From: Podarcis erhardii
Lineage: Eukaryota
Strand: one strand, 5' to 3'
Length of the DNA stretch: 64,000 nucleotides
Assembly (NCBI GenBank): GCA_964252035.1
Contig: OZ176203.1
How positions within the stretch are numbered: the stretch's first letter is position 1; each line of letters begins with the position of its first letter. Below the pieces are notes generated by a model, which saw nothing but the letters and a program-made list of their open reading frames with translations, ran no database searches and was not told the DNA's origin. Positions 1-12,158 of the stretch are shown here, piece after piece. Both the position numbers and the translations under genes were made by a program.

Positions 1-196
1 GGGCCAACTGGTCATTATAGGAACAACTGTTGGTGCCTGAGGGTTTTGCCCTCCTTTCCCCTCCCTGTCCTTTCCCCCTTGTGTGTCATATTGCTTTGTT
101 TGTTTTCTGTTATAAGCCTGCGGGTACGGACTGTCATTATCGCTTAAGCCTTTTTGGCTAAAGAGTGAAGTATAAATGCTCTAAATAAATAATAAA

Positions 197-226
197 TACA
201 ACAACAACAACAACAACAACAACAAC
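197..226. repeat. (ACA)n microsatellite
   Basis: Read directly. Confidence 0.9.
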
Positions 227-344
227 TTATAGCTAACTGGCTCATATTTCTTTATCAGCAGAAGGGCCTATTTTCACAAATCCCACCATTTTAAGGGATC
301 CATCATCATTCTGAGTAAATCATTCCCTAAATAAATAAATAAAT

Positions 345-380
345 TCATACATACATACATACATACATACATACATACAT
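345..380. repeat. (TACA)n tetranucleotide microsatellite
   Basis: Read directly. Confidence 0.9.
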
Positions 381-596
381 TTGTATTTGCTTCAGAATCC
401 GTTCAGTTATTTTATTTCATCCTCTACCCTCAACTTTTCCTGAGGTAGTTTTTATAACCAGGGGTAGGGAGATTGTGGCCCCCCCAAATGCTGCTAGATT
501 ACGGGTCTCATCATCCCTAAACACTGGCGATCCAAGCTGGGACTGATGTGAGTTGGGAGTCTAACAACATCTGGAAGGCCACAGGTTCCAGATTGT

Positions 597-745
597 TGTG
601 GCACCTTAAAGACTAACAGATTTATTATGGCATAAGCTTCCGTAAACGAGAGTCCACTGCATCAGACTCAGTCTTGTATCTGATGGACACTAGTGCATGA
701 AAGCTTATGCCATAACAAATTAGTTAAGACTTTAAAGAAAGTGCC
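597..745. mobile_element. Older, degenerate Penelope-like inverted terminal fragment
   Basis: GCACCTTAAAGACTAACAGATTTATTATGGCATAAGCTT is inverted against AAGCTTATGCCATAACAAATTAGTT…TTTAAAG…GTGC; same GCACCTTAAAGAC terminus as 7530-7735. Confidence 0.7.
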
Positions 746-1907
746 TTGTTATTTACGATACAACAGACTAATACAGCTGCCGCTCTGGAAATTATTTATA
801 GGATCACTGTTTCCTTTGGAAATGAAAGCACAGGAGGTTTGTGTTGCCCTTCCAATGAAGCTGTTGATTTAGAAGTCGCAGTGCACAGGTTGAAGACATT
901 AGGTGATCAGAAAGAACCACACAGCATTCCAGATTATTACCAGCATCAGTCAAGTCTCCCAAAATCTAACCTCAGGTTGCACATTTCCAGCTCTCCTTGC
1001 TCACACTTTGCCAGATAGCCCATTTACTAGAATGCATTTACTAATGTGCATTATTGGAACATAGGAAGATACCCTTAAACCACATCAAACTATTTTCCCA
1101 TCTATGCCAGTATTGTCCACTCTGCCTGGAAGTGGCTCTCCCCATCAACTGTCACTGGATCATGTCAACTTAGAGAGGCCATAGGATTGAATCTGGGATT
1201 GCCTGCATGGGAAGTATGTGATCTACCACTAAGATATAATCTTAGAAGAGAGCTGCTTCTGGTTTGTGAAAGAGAACATTCTGGCTCAGAACATGATTTT
1301 TCTAAACTCATATCCCAGTTCAGTTGCCTCAAAGCACACATAGGGTCAGGAGGCTCTGAAGCTTACGGTCTACATGAGAACTGCACCCCATGAATGTCAG
1401 GAAGTTCTCCATTGAGGTATAGTTCTTCAAGTGATAGACATTCAGGTCAACCTTATTTTTGTTTGGAGGAGCCGTTACTTGCCATATCTTCCTCTATAAA
1501 TATAAATGTAAGGCTGTCACCATGGAGCTCCAATTGGAAGATTTCTAGTGCACAATCCTGGATTTGTATGAAATCAGGAGGTTGGTCAGTGGAGCAAGCG
1601 GGGGAGAAGCCCTTAGTATGGTATATTTGTTTTTTAAAAGGAACAGTATTTTACATTTAGAAGTTATGGGGAGAGGAGCATAGGGTATAACAGTGTACAG
1701 GCAGAGCTGATTTCACAATTGCCCTCTAACAAGCTTTCATCACAGTAGGTGCTTCTATCATTCAAGCACCACACAGCAGCAACAGAAACACTATTTATTT
1801 TGTTTAAGATATTTCTGTGTTGCTCAATTATTTCCTGGAAATGGGACAACAAATTTGTAAAACCAAGCATTACCTTAAAATGCCTACTGTAACAAGGAAG
1901 TCTTAGT

Positions 1908-2043
1908 CAGGCATAGGCAAATTAGGCCCTCCAGCTGTTTTGGGACTACAGCTCCCATCATCCCTGACCACTGGTCCTGTTAGCTAGGGATGATGGGAGT
2001 TGTAGTCCCAAAACATCTGGAGGGCCGAGTTTGCCTATGCCTG
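1908..2043. mobile_element. Palindromic hAT-type MITE (136 bp)
   Basis: TIR CAGGCATAGGCAAA / TTTGCCTATGCCTG; 8-bp TSD GTCTTAGT / GTCTTTGT; a partial copy occurs at about 46075-46172. Confidence 0.8.
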
Positions 2044-4345
2044 GTCTTTGTTATGTTCCTGAAGTTCAGCAAGAAGGATGCCTGACTAACCTCAGCTGGG
2101 AGGGAGTTCCACAGACTTGGGTCCACTACACTGAATGCACAGCTGTTACTTTACTGAATGCACTAGATTCCCCCAACTCTGAGCTATGGAACTGGACTTG
2201 ATTCCCAGGGAAGTGTGCTATGCTTGCAGTGATTTCTGGATTTAGCTCAGTGTCCCCTTGATTGGTCAATGGCTACGGCTATGATGGAAAAAGCCATTTC
2301 CCCAAACTATGCGTCAAACTATGGGTCATTCCTTCATAGTACAAGGACTCCTTGGCTGTGCTTTTTGCTGAGGATACCAGAGAATTTGAAACAGCCTAAA
2401 ACAAAAGTGTAACAGCACTTATATAATTTGATTGATTTGTTCTTGAACATTAATTATGCTAATTGTATCTGACACTAGTCAAGGGCAGCAAAAGGCCCTT
2501 TTCTTCTATTTTGAGTTCACAACAAAAGGAAGAATACAGGACACACAAGAGATTTTGCTTTATTTTATTATACCTGACATGAGTCAAATGAGGTTGCACT
2601 AAAAGCTCTGTCTGTCTTCTGTCTGAGCATTAGCCTTTTAAAAAGCTCTACTGAAAATTAGGTCCTCATTTAATATATGTATGGGATATGCAAATACAGA
2701 AAAGTAACAGCCCTCTGAAAGCATAGAAAGATTCCTTGCTGTGTCTGAAAATCCACTTTCCCAGTTGCAACTCAAAGGACAGGAAGAAAATGGCTTCACG
2801 AAATGGATATTGGAACCTCCAGAATCAGACATAGTCGTGTCATTGAATACCAATCACTAGGTAGCAAAACTGCCCTGAGATCTTCGGATGAAGGGCCATA
2901 TATAAATGTAATACAATGTGAAACTGGGCTTTGCAGCAATGTACATTCAGCTTGCAAGATACAAGTGATGCACAGAGGCACTTAAAGCAGCCTCAGTGAG
3001 GCAGTCAAACCTGTGGAACTGCTTCCCCACAAGAGTTTCCATGCCAATGGCACCCATAATTAGATGATGATGTGGGATGTATTCACCATTCAAAAAGTTT
3101 AATTCACCCAGCACTTTTTACCTGTTGGAATCAAAGGACCATGAGACCAACAGTGCAGAGAGAGCCCAAGGCCATGCACACTTATGCATTATCATATCAT
3201 TAATTACTTAAGACTTGCTTGTGTTTGTCCAAGGCGTTTGGGGAACAATGGTCTGTTATTCCAGGACTGAGGAACCTTTGGCCATCAGGATGTTGTTGAA
3301 TGCCAACTCCTATCAACCACCATCTTCAATGGTCATAGATGATGGGAATTGTAATCCAACAACCTCTGGAGAGCCAAAGGTGTCCCAGCCCTGTATTAGT
3401 CGACCACTGTGAGAGGGATTTTTTTTTACTACCACTATGAGAGGGATGAAATTAAGATCCTGTGCATTTGGTTCCCTTAGCACCCCTTCGTCCACAGCTC
3501 TGCAGACACAGTGGTGGATCTTTCTCCCCTCCACGTGCTTGCTTAAATCTCCTGTAGGCTGCAGAAGTTATACTACAGAGGATTGGAGTGATCAGCTACT
3601 TCCCTCAGGAACAAATTGAAAGACATGTCAGTTCTTGATTTCCTTTTCAAGATGAACTTAACAATGATCAATAAAACTGGAAGATGGCTGGCACCATCCA
3701 CCTCAGACAAGAACAGTGTAACAAGCCACCTATGGAAGTTTATTTTAGAACAGTCCAGACAGCTCCACTGAATTTAGTGAGAATCATTTTAATGGATTTA
3801 ACAGGAGATCTCCTGTCATCTTTACTTCTGATTTAAACTCAGTATTCCAGTTCCTTTTTGTTTCATAATATTCATTGCACATTTTTTCCCCTGAATCTTA
3901 GCTAAAGGATATCATCTCATCACCTCTTGAATGATGCCCATGCAGAACCCACCCACAGATGCTAGACGTACCTCCACCCTCGCCTCGGCCAGCCATTTTA
4001 TTCTCAGCATAGCACAGCAGTTTTCTGCTTGTGGGTCCCCTTCACTAGATCACAGTACCCCTCTTGTTACTTGCACGAATGAGTGCTTTAAGTACAAAAG
4101 GGCTTTTCGCCACACCCCCATGGCCCATGGGCCCTTCAGGCTTTCCACATGTTCAGGGCAAACATCTGCAGGAGAGATTCTCCTGTACTCTTGTAGGCTT
4201 CCTACACGATTTAGAACCATTATCATGCAGGGACTCTACATGACACAGGGACTCTACATGAGTCCAGGAGGATCTCTGCGGCAGATGTTAGCTCTGAACA
4301 TGAGGAAGCCAAAAGGAGCTGCATGTCAGTGGGGCGAAAGTGGTG

Positions 4346-4558
4346 TGCCCAGTATGAGGTAGCAGTTAGAGTGCTAGACCAGGACTTGGGAGACATAGGT
4401 TCAAATCCTCTCTTAGTTATGAAGCTTGCTGGGTGACCTTGGGGTCATCACTGTCTCTTAGCCTAAGCTACCTCATAGAGTTGTGAAAATAAAAGGGTGA
4501 GTGGGGAACTATATATGCCACTTTGAGCTCCTTGGAGGAAAGGTGAGATATAAAAATG
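4346..4558 (+). mobile_element. Older MIR/Squam3-like CORE SINE
   Basis: Degenerate tRNA boxes (GGTTCAAATCC), GCTGGGTGACCTTGGG core, AGCCTAAGCTACCTCA…GTTGTG body. Confidence 0.7.
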
Positions 4559-7005
4559 GAGGAGGAGGAAAGGAAAGAGAAGGAATATGACAACAACAAC
4601 AACAACAACATTTTTCTTTTTTTAAAAAAGTGGCCTGGCCCCACAGTCCCATTGAACTTGTGTTGTCTATTCATGTAAGTAGGGCTAGCATTCCTCTTGA
4701 AAAGTTACAATTCTCTAAATAATCCAAGGTTATACCTCTTACTTAAAAACAACATTCTTAGATGGTTTCCTTTTTGCCCTATGCATAGGACCAAGGAAGA
4801 AAACAGAACCTTGCTTCTAGCAACGAAGTCATATTGGTGCACAGGTTAACCAATGTGATTGCCATCAACTAACTGGTTCCTTGTTATTATCCAGGTGTTT
4901 ATGCTGGATGCTGCTGCCTCACATAGCAAAAGGCGTTTGCTACCTTAGACGTAGTCTAAACACAGACAAGTACAAACTGGCCACACACAAAAAAAGAGAG
5001 AAGGATTTCAAAGTGCTTATTTTAGAAAGACAAAATCAATAGCTGTGTTCCAGGCACCAGAGGCTACAAAATACTTGGCCATTATGCTAAATGCCAAAGA
5101 ATGCAAACAAATGCCAGCAAGCATTCCACTGATACGTGCTTATATCTGTACCTTGAAATCATTCTGAAAATCAAAAATACTTGGGATTAACACTTCCTCT
5201 TAATCATCCAGAACTGGCTGCTTCCAAGAACTATGTCAGACATAATGATATTATTGCCAGGTAGGAACAAGAGACGCCCACCAGGTCAAGCTTCCGAAAA
5301 CATATGCATTCATCACCCATGATGAAAGTGTATATATGCTTTTGCCTACACTAAACAGAGATCCACACAGGGGAAATGCCATGTGGGAAGCAGTACTGAA
5401 AGAGAGAAATCCAGGTTGATTGACACATTAGGCTGAAACAGAGAGACTGCAGTCATATACTCACTTACCTGGAGGCTTAGGCAGTAAGTCTCATTTCCCA
5501 TAGCAACCATTGTGAAATGGGTTACTATTCCTTCTTAGTTCCACTGTGAAAGTGTGGCTCAAGCTACGTGTTATGTAGAATTCCATAATTCATGTCTCCA
5601 CTTCTTTCCTCCTTTTAACTCAAAGCATGATTGGGCAAGCTAGAGCCAAGGGGAAGAATGGTGGATGGGAGCAGAAAATACATTAGCAAACCAATACAAC
5701 ACACAACAAATCCACAGAAAACTCATTCCTGAGTTCATGGGTAAATAAGATTGTGGTGAAAACTCACCAGCATTGAAGCCAGCCAAATCTCAGACTTACA
5801 TCTTACCTTGGCTGCTTTAAAAGAAAAACAGGCGCAGGCAAAAAAAAAAGTCACAGAATCTCCCTTAACAGTAGTTTGAAGCCCGGGATTGAAAGAAACC
5901 TCATGACATGGAGACCAACTTTGACATGAATGACCCAACCTTGAAAAGGTGTCCTTGAAAGGCAGAGTAGTTTTACAAAAAGCACCTTGGTGCCAGTTCC
6001 CTTCATTTCAATGGGGCTTACAGGCTAAACCTGAAACAGTGGAGAGTAAAGTAGGGTTAGGAAACTTGTAGCCAACCCAACCCCCCAATGTTCTTGGCTT
6101 CCAACTTCCATCAGCTCCAGCCAGCATGGTCAATGTTCAGGGGTGATGGGATTTATAGTCCAGCAACAACTGCCAGGGCAATGCAGTAAATGGAAGACTG
6201 GAGAAGCAAGGATAACAAGGGGTGAAAGAAAGGAAATACTGTTACACATATATAGATTTTCACTCAGGTTTCAGTCAAGGGAGAAGACTAAGGAGTTATG
6301 GCAAAGTTACCCACTGATGATGAAAAGAGTACCATAAGGTGGAAATCAAAGCATCTGTTTCTCATATTCAGTATTAAGCAGGCCAATTAATGGAAACAGC
6401 TGGAAGCAAAAGGGCCACCCATGGAGACTCAGAATCCTTTGTGTCATTTGGAAATCCTATTTTTTTAAAAAAACGAGAAGCAACAGAGTTAGCCTGTCAG
6501 AAACTAGACCACCAAATGAGGCCAATGGCAGAGGGGAGTCCACTGTCGAATCTGGTAAAGGGTTAGGAAAATTCCATGAGCGAGGCAGGCAGGAGCTGCT
6601 CAAAATCCAAAGGGGAAGCCTGTTGGAAGCTGAGGAGTGAGCAAAGGAGGTGGGAGACAAGTCCAAGGCTATATAAGAACACAAGAAGAGCCTGCTGGAT
6701 CAGGCCAATGGCCAGTCTAGCCCAACATCCTGATCTCACAGTGGCCAAACAGATGCCTATGGGAAACCTTCAAGGAAGACCTGAGCACAACTCCTGCAGT
6801 CTTCAGCAGCTGGTAATCAGAGACCTACTTCATCTGACAGTGGAGGTAAAATATAACCACTGTGGCTAGTTACTGTTGATAGCCTTGTCCTCCATGAATT
6901 TGTGTAAATCTCTTTTAAAGCCATCCAGGTGGCCCTCACTGACTCCTGTGACAGTGAGTTCCATGAAGAAGTGCTTTCTTTACTCTTTCCTGCCTGTACA
7001 CAGTA

Positions 7006-7247
7006 CAGTGGTACCTCGGGTTAAGTACTTAATTCGTTCTGGAGGTCCATTCTTAACCTGAAACTGTTCTTAACCTGAAGCACCACTTTAGCTAATGGGG
7101 CCTCCTGCTGCTGCCATGCTGCCAGAACACGATTTCTGTTCTCATCCTGAAGCAAAGTTCTTAACCTGAAGCACTATTTCTGGGTTAGCAGAGTCTGTAA
7201 CCTGAAGCGTATGTAACCTGAAGCGTATGTAACCCGAGGTACCACTG
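7006..7247. mobile_element. Tigger-like (Tc1/mariner-pogo) MITE, copy 1
   Basis: TIR CAGTGGTACCTCGGGTTA / TAACCCGAGGTACCACTG, TA TSD. Confidence 0.9.
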
Positions 7248-7529
7248 TATTTAAAATGTGGTTGCACCATAGATTTGGTATAATGGCATTCTGATATCGA
7301 CAGTTTTCTGTTCAATTCCCTAGTGTGGAACTCGCCTTTTTTACATCTGCCACACACTGGGTTGACATCTTCCTTGAGCTGTCTCATACAATCCCAAGAT
7401 CTCATTCCTGCTCAGTCACCACCAGTTCTGACCTCCTGACTATATGTGAAATTAAGATATTTTGCCCCAACATGCATCACTTTACACTTGTTCGCACTGA
7501 ATTACATTTGCCATTTTAACCCCATTCAC

Positions 7530-7735
7530 CAAAATAAAAAAATTCCTTCCAGTAGCACCTTAAAGACCAACTGAGTTAGTTCTAGGTATGAGCTTTCGTG
7601 TGCATGCACACTTCTGAAGAAGTGTGCATGCACACGAAAGCTCATACCTAGAACTAACTCAGTTGGTCTTTAAGGTGCTACTGGAAGGAATTTTTTTATT
7701 TTGTTTTGACCATGGCAGACCAACACGGCTACCTA
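7530..7735. mobile_element. Penelope-like element terminal fragment forming a perfect palindrome
   Basis: 86-bp arms 7530-7615 and 7618-7703 with a 2-nt loop; end sequence CAGACCAACACGGCTACC; TSD CCCATTCACCAA at 7521-7532 and 7736-7747. Confidence 0.8.
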
Positions 7736-9803
7736 CCCATTCACCAAGTTTGGAGAGGTCCTTTTGGAGCTAGTGTAGATATTTTCGCCAACTAATGATT
7801 TTTTATGTACACATTACCTCAGCGTGTGCAGCTTTGTACCCATTACTTGGTTGGAGAACTGCACAGAAAAATTTGGAGAAGTGTAAGTTTCAGTCCATTT
7901 ATTGTTTCAGGAAGTTCAAGTTAGGTAGGCACATGGTACCTGCTTTAGGAACGGGTGCAATTTTGTCCCCTCTCCCCAGTGTATAACGATTGCTTGGCTT
8001 CTATCTTTTCACCATCTGCAACTTACTCTCAGGTAGACCCACTGACCTATAAACTGCTTCAAGCAACTTTTCACACCATTCCAATGACAGATTTGTCTTT
8101 CGAATAACACCAGCCAGTTCAAGGGCAGATACTTTAGGACACTGGATAATATTTCCCCCATTGCTAAATTATAAATGTTCTACAGGTCTCTACTTAATAC
8201 CAATGAAACTGCCACTTTAGGGCAAAATGAAATTAAAACCAGGATTATTATGCCATTTTAATGGCCAGACTCGCATAAAGTGATACTCTGTAGCCATCTA
8301 ACCTTTTCATAATCAAGTGTAAAATTCCCTTTTTCTTTGCTTTTAATGACTCATAAAAGACTTGGTGTATAAGATATATTTCTCTTTCCGTTGTAAGCGG
8401 AGCCAGGGTGGCTGTGCCTTCCCTGCCTATTGCAGGTATTTGGTGCCAACACTCTGATCCATATGCATGAACTGGATATACACATAAGAGCTTACTAAAC
8501 AAACTGGACAGAGTCCCAGAGGGAACACTCAAAAATGTATTAATCAAAGTCAAGCGGCAGAGCAAATTGAACCAGTTCATTAATTATGAAAATTCTCTCA
8601 CAAAGTGACATGTTGTTAACTGTGTGGAGACTTGACACATTTTCATCGGCAAAGGGCTTTTTTTTTAATACTGTGACTCAATATGAAGCATTTAATTTTA
8701 AAATTAAGAGAATATCTCTCTCTCTCTCTCTCCACAGTTTTTAGTCTGAATTGAAATACACATATATACTTTTACACAATATCTTCTTCACTTTGCAAGA
8801 TCCCTGCAGTATGGATTCACACTCGCTTCTAGCATACAGAGGGCACTTTAAATACACGTGTCATGCTAACACAAGTTCACAAATCTCCATAAACTGGAAG
8901 CTGCCCTGGATTCATATGCATCAACATTCAATTGCCATTTCCAGGTATAAATAAACCTTCCATTAAGCTGAAAGAAATCTCCCCTTCCCAAAAATTTCCT
9001 CATGTCAAATTTTCTGCAGATACATCCTCTGGAGTCTTTGTTGGACATTCTATAATATTTGATTTTTACATTTGATACATATCCATTGTTGGCATGCAAC
9101 AGATTCAACATCTGACAGCATACTGATATTTTGTTGTTATTTCTTATTAGATTTGTATCTCACCTATCCTCCAAGGAGATCAAGGTGGCATACACATTCA
9201 CCCCTCTCTCCATTTTATCTTCACAACAACCCTGCGATGGATCAGTCCTGCTCCCCACGAGGGTCTGCATCATTGGCATGATCTCTGCGAGAAACTAGCT
9301 GGCAAAGCAGCACTCAGCAAGGTTGAACTCTCTGCTCATCAGCTAGTAAGCAGAGGGTTCAGTCATGTCCCCACACATCAGCTGACATCACCCAGTGACA
9401 TCAACTGATTGACAGAAAGGTGTGTTTGGGGGGAAATGCCTTTGCAGGCCAGAGGTTCCGCACCTCTGAGAAGGAGGAACATCCCCTCCACTGAATCATT
9501 GTTTGCAGTGGTGCAGCTAGAGCCAGATCTTAGGCCCAGAGCCCAGAGCCACAAATCATAGGAGGGCTCCAACACCCAGAGAGCAGCAGATGAGGAGAGA
9601 GCTGCAAGTAGGCCCCATGTCAGCACCATGTTGGCCAGAAGGCACCTGGCTGGGCATATATATTGTTACATATGCTCTCTTTTTATTGTTATTATGAAAA
9701 TATTTATCTTTTTCTCAAACACAATGGTGCTTAGTCCCATCAGGGCAGCAGAAGCAACACTCATTTTATTCTGGTGGTCATGCTGCTGCTAACATTTAAA
9801 AAT

Positions 9804-10005
9804 GTAAAGGTAAAGGGACCCCTGACAGTTAAGTCCAGTCGCAGACGACTCTGGGGTTGTGGCGCTCATCTCGCTTTGCAGGAGAAGGAAGCCGGCATTT
9901 GTCCGCAGACAGTTTTTCCGGGTCATGTGGCCAGCATGACTAAGCCACTTCTGGCTCAATGGAACACTGAAACCAGAGCAGCGCACAGAAACGCCATTTA
10001 ACTTC
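9804..10005 (-). mobile_element. Sauria SINE 3' half
   Basis: Reverse-complement similarity to the 3' half of 14140-14497, with a GTAAAGGTAAAGGG tail. Confidence 0.8.
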
Positions 10006-12158
10006 TCGCCAGACCGGTTATTTAAATAAGTTTAAAATGCAAAAATGTGCATTCTCAGAGTATTGGAGAATTACTCTTTTTTTGTAAGCAGGGTTGGCAA
10101 ACTCTCTTTCTTTAACAATGCCATAGAAACATGGACTATCTCCTTTGAGTGAAGGCTTCATAAGGAGTTCTCTGATCAGTTCTAAAACCATCAAGAATGG
10201 ACCTTGCTTAGGAAGATAGGATGCAGCCTTATACTGTCTTAATCAGGCCTTTGGTCTACTAGCTTAGTACACTGACTGACAGTGGCTTCCCAGGATCTCA
10301 GACCAAGTTATCTCCCAGCTGTAGCTGGAGAGTCTGTAGACAGAAGCTGAGAACTTCTGTGTACAAAATAGATGCCCCACCACTGATCTCCAGCCCTTCC
10401 TCTCAGTCCTAAAAGCCAGACACAGACGTGTGCCTTAAAAAAGTACCACCATGTGTGAGGAATGGATTCTTCCAAATGTTATCATGCCCTGAAAGGATCG
10501 TGTCTTAAGGGAACATTTTTAGAAGAAGGAAATGTGAATGCCATTATTCATTTCTGGCAATCTGCATGGCGTTATATTTATAAAATGGGTAAAGATACTT
10601 GGGCAAAGTCTATAAGTGTCCTTTCCAGTAATTTCAGGTCTGGAAGCAAATAAGAAAACTGTAGCTTTAAGACAAATGGAAGCTTAAAGTTAGTGAAGCT
10701 GGAGGAGGGTTGGTTCCTTCCTGGTGGTGTGGGAGTCGCTTCCTTCCTTGTGGTGTGAACTGATGCCAGCACCACCCCCAGGAAGATGTTATGAAGAAAT
10801 CATGTAGACAAGGACAATTATATGGTTTCTTCCCACACAGCTGTTACCTTTTCTCCAACCCTAGTTGACATTCACATGGAAAGAAAACCTATCATTTGCT
10901 CTACCCACACAGTTCCTCTCTCCACACAATTCCCGTATCACTGTGGGCAAGTGTGAATCAGTTCTGTGTTTGCTAAGAACATAAGAAGCGTTCTGCTGGA
11001 TCAGTCTTGCGTTCTGTTTTCACAGTGGCCAATCAGATGCTGGTTTGCTGGCTTTTTTGTTTATTATGTTCATTTATTAGACACTTCATAACATGGCTTC
11101 TCTGGGTGGCATACATTAATAAGGCCAAAGCAAGATTAAAACATAATAATATAATCAAATACAACAATAAAATATAGGACTAGAACAAAACAAAACAACA
11201 GATACCAACCATGGTCAAGTGAGACCATCAGACATTGTGTCTTGCCCTGCTTGTAAATGCCAAGAATCTTATTCATTTGTTTTAAACAAAGCCAGCCTCT
11301 TAAACCAGTCCTATGTTTGGTTACCTATAAATGCAGGGCTTACCATTGTTCTTTCACTTGATGGTTTGTGCATCGCCTCATGGCCATAAAAACACTCACC
11401 TCCATGTCTGCCTCTTCCTAACTGCATTCTCCTTCTGTCAGCCTTGTGACAGAACTTGTGTGTTCATACACACACACACATACACCAATACTCAGCGCAC
11501 CACTGATATGTGTCATTGCTTCTAACCTAAATGGAAGTATATGGGAAAAGCAGGGGGTCAGTGTCCAGTTAAGTGGCTGGTGTCCCCAGAGGGCCCTGAG
11601 TATTAGTGATCCACAATTCCCTACAGAGAATTGTACTAGGCATACAGTGCTGTCTATTGTTGTTATACCAAGCAGGGAAGAAGTAGAAAATTAAGAAAAG
11701 GAGACTTAGAAGAACTGTAGGGTGTAAATCAAGCAGACATAGCAGAGGTCTCAAAAGAGACATAGCAGAACATCGGAGGAAGTGAGCTAAGCCAATGGAG
11801 TTGTGGCAGCTTCTCCCTCTGTCTCTCTCTCACACACACACACCCCACAAAGACACACTGAGAGAAGAAACGGTACTTCACACAATCACAGACAGAGCAC
11901 CTCAGCTTACCTTCCTCATTGCCTTCCACAAATGCAAGCCACTCACTGCAACCGCAGGGAGGAAGGGGTGGAAAAGGCATCTAGAAGGAATAAATAAGCA
12001 AGAACTGGCCCTCGATGAACAACCAATTAAATCTGGAACTTTCAAACCTCATAACTTGAAGAACTCTGGGGTTAATGTTGCACAATAGAGAGCTCTGCAA
12101 TCACTTTGAGTTTCTGATATTACCTAAACTGCCCAAAGAAGAAAGTGAAGAGTTAGGA

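Larger units (their letters stand above)
6673..7790 (-). mobile_element. CR1 LINE 3' fragment, interrupted by a Tigger-like MITE and a Penelope hairpin
   Basis: Reverse CR1 tail (ATAAGAACACAAGA), CR1-type 3' UTR, and degenerate RT C-terminal coding sequence at 7255-7790. Confidence 0.75.

Noticed and set aside
4227-4262. Direct duplication CAGGGACTCTACATGA x2
   Set aside because: An isolated small slippage duplication with no further structure.
5455-5500. Strong minus-strand donor CCAG|GTAAGT
   Set aside because: It sits in a dispersed short repeat (CACTTACCTG…AGTAAG…CATT; similar near 41850), so it is repeat-derived.
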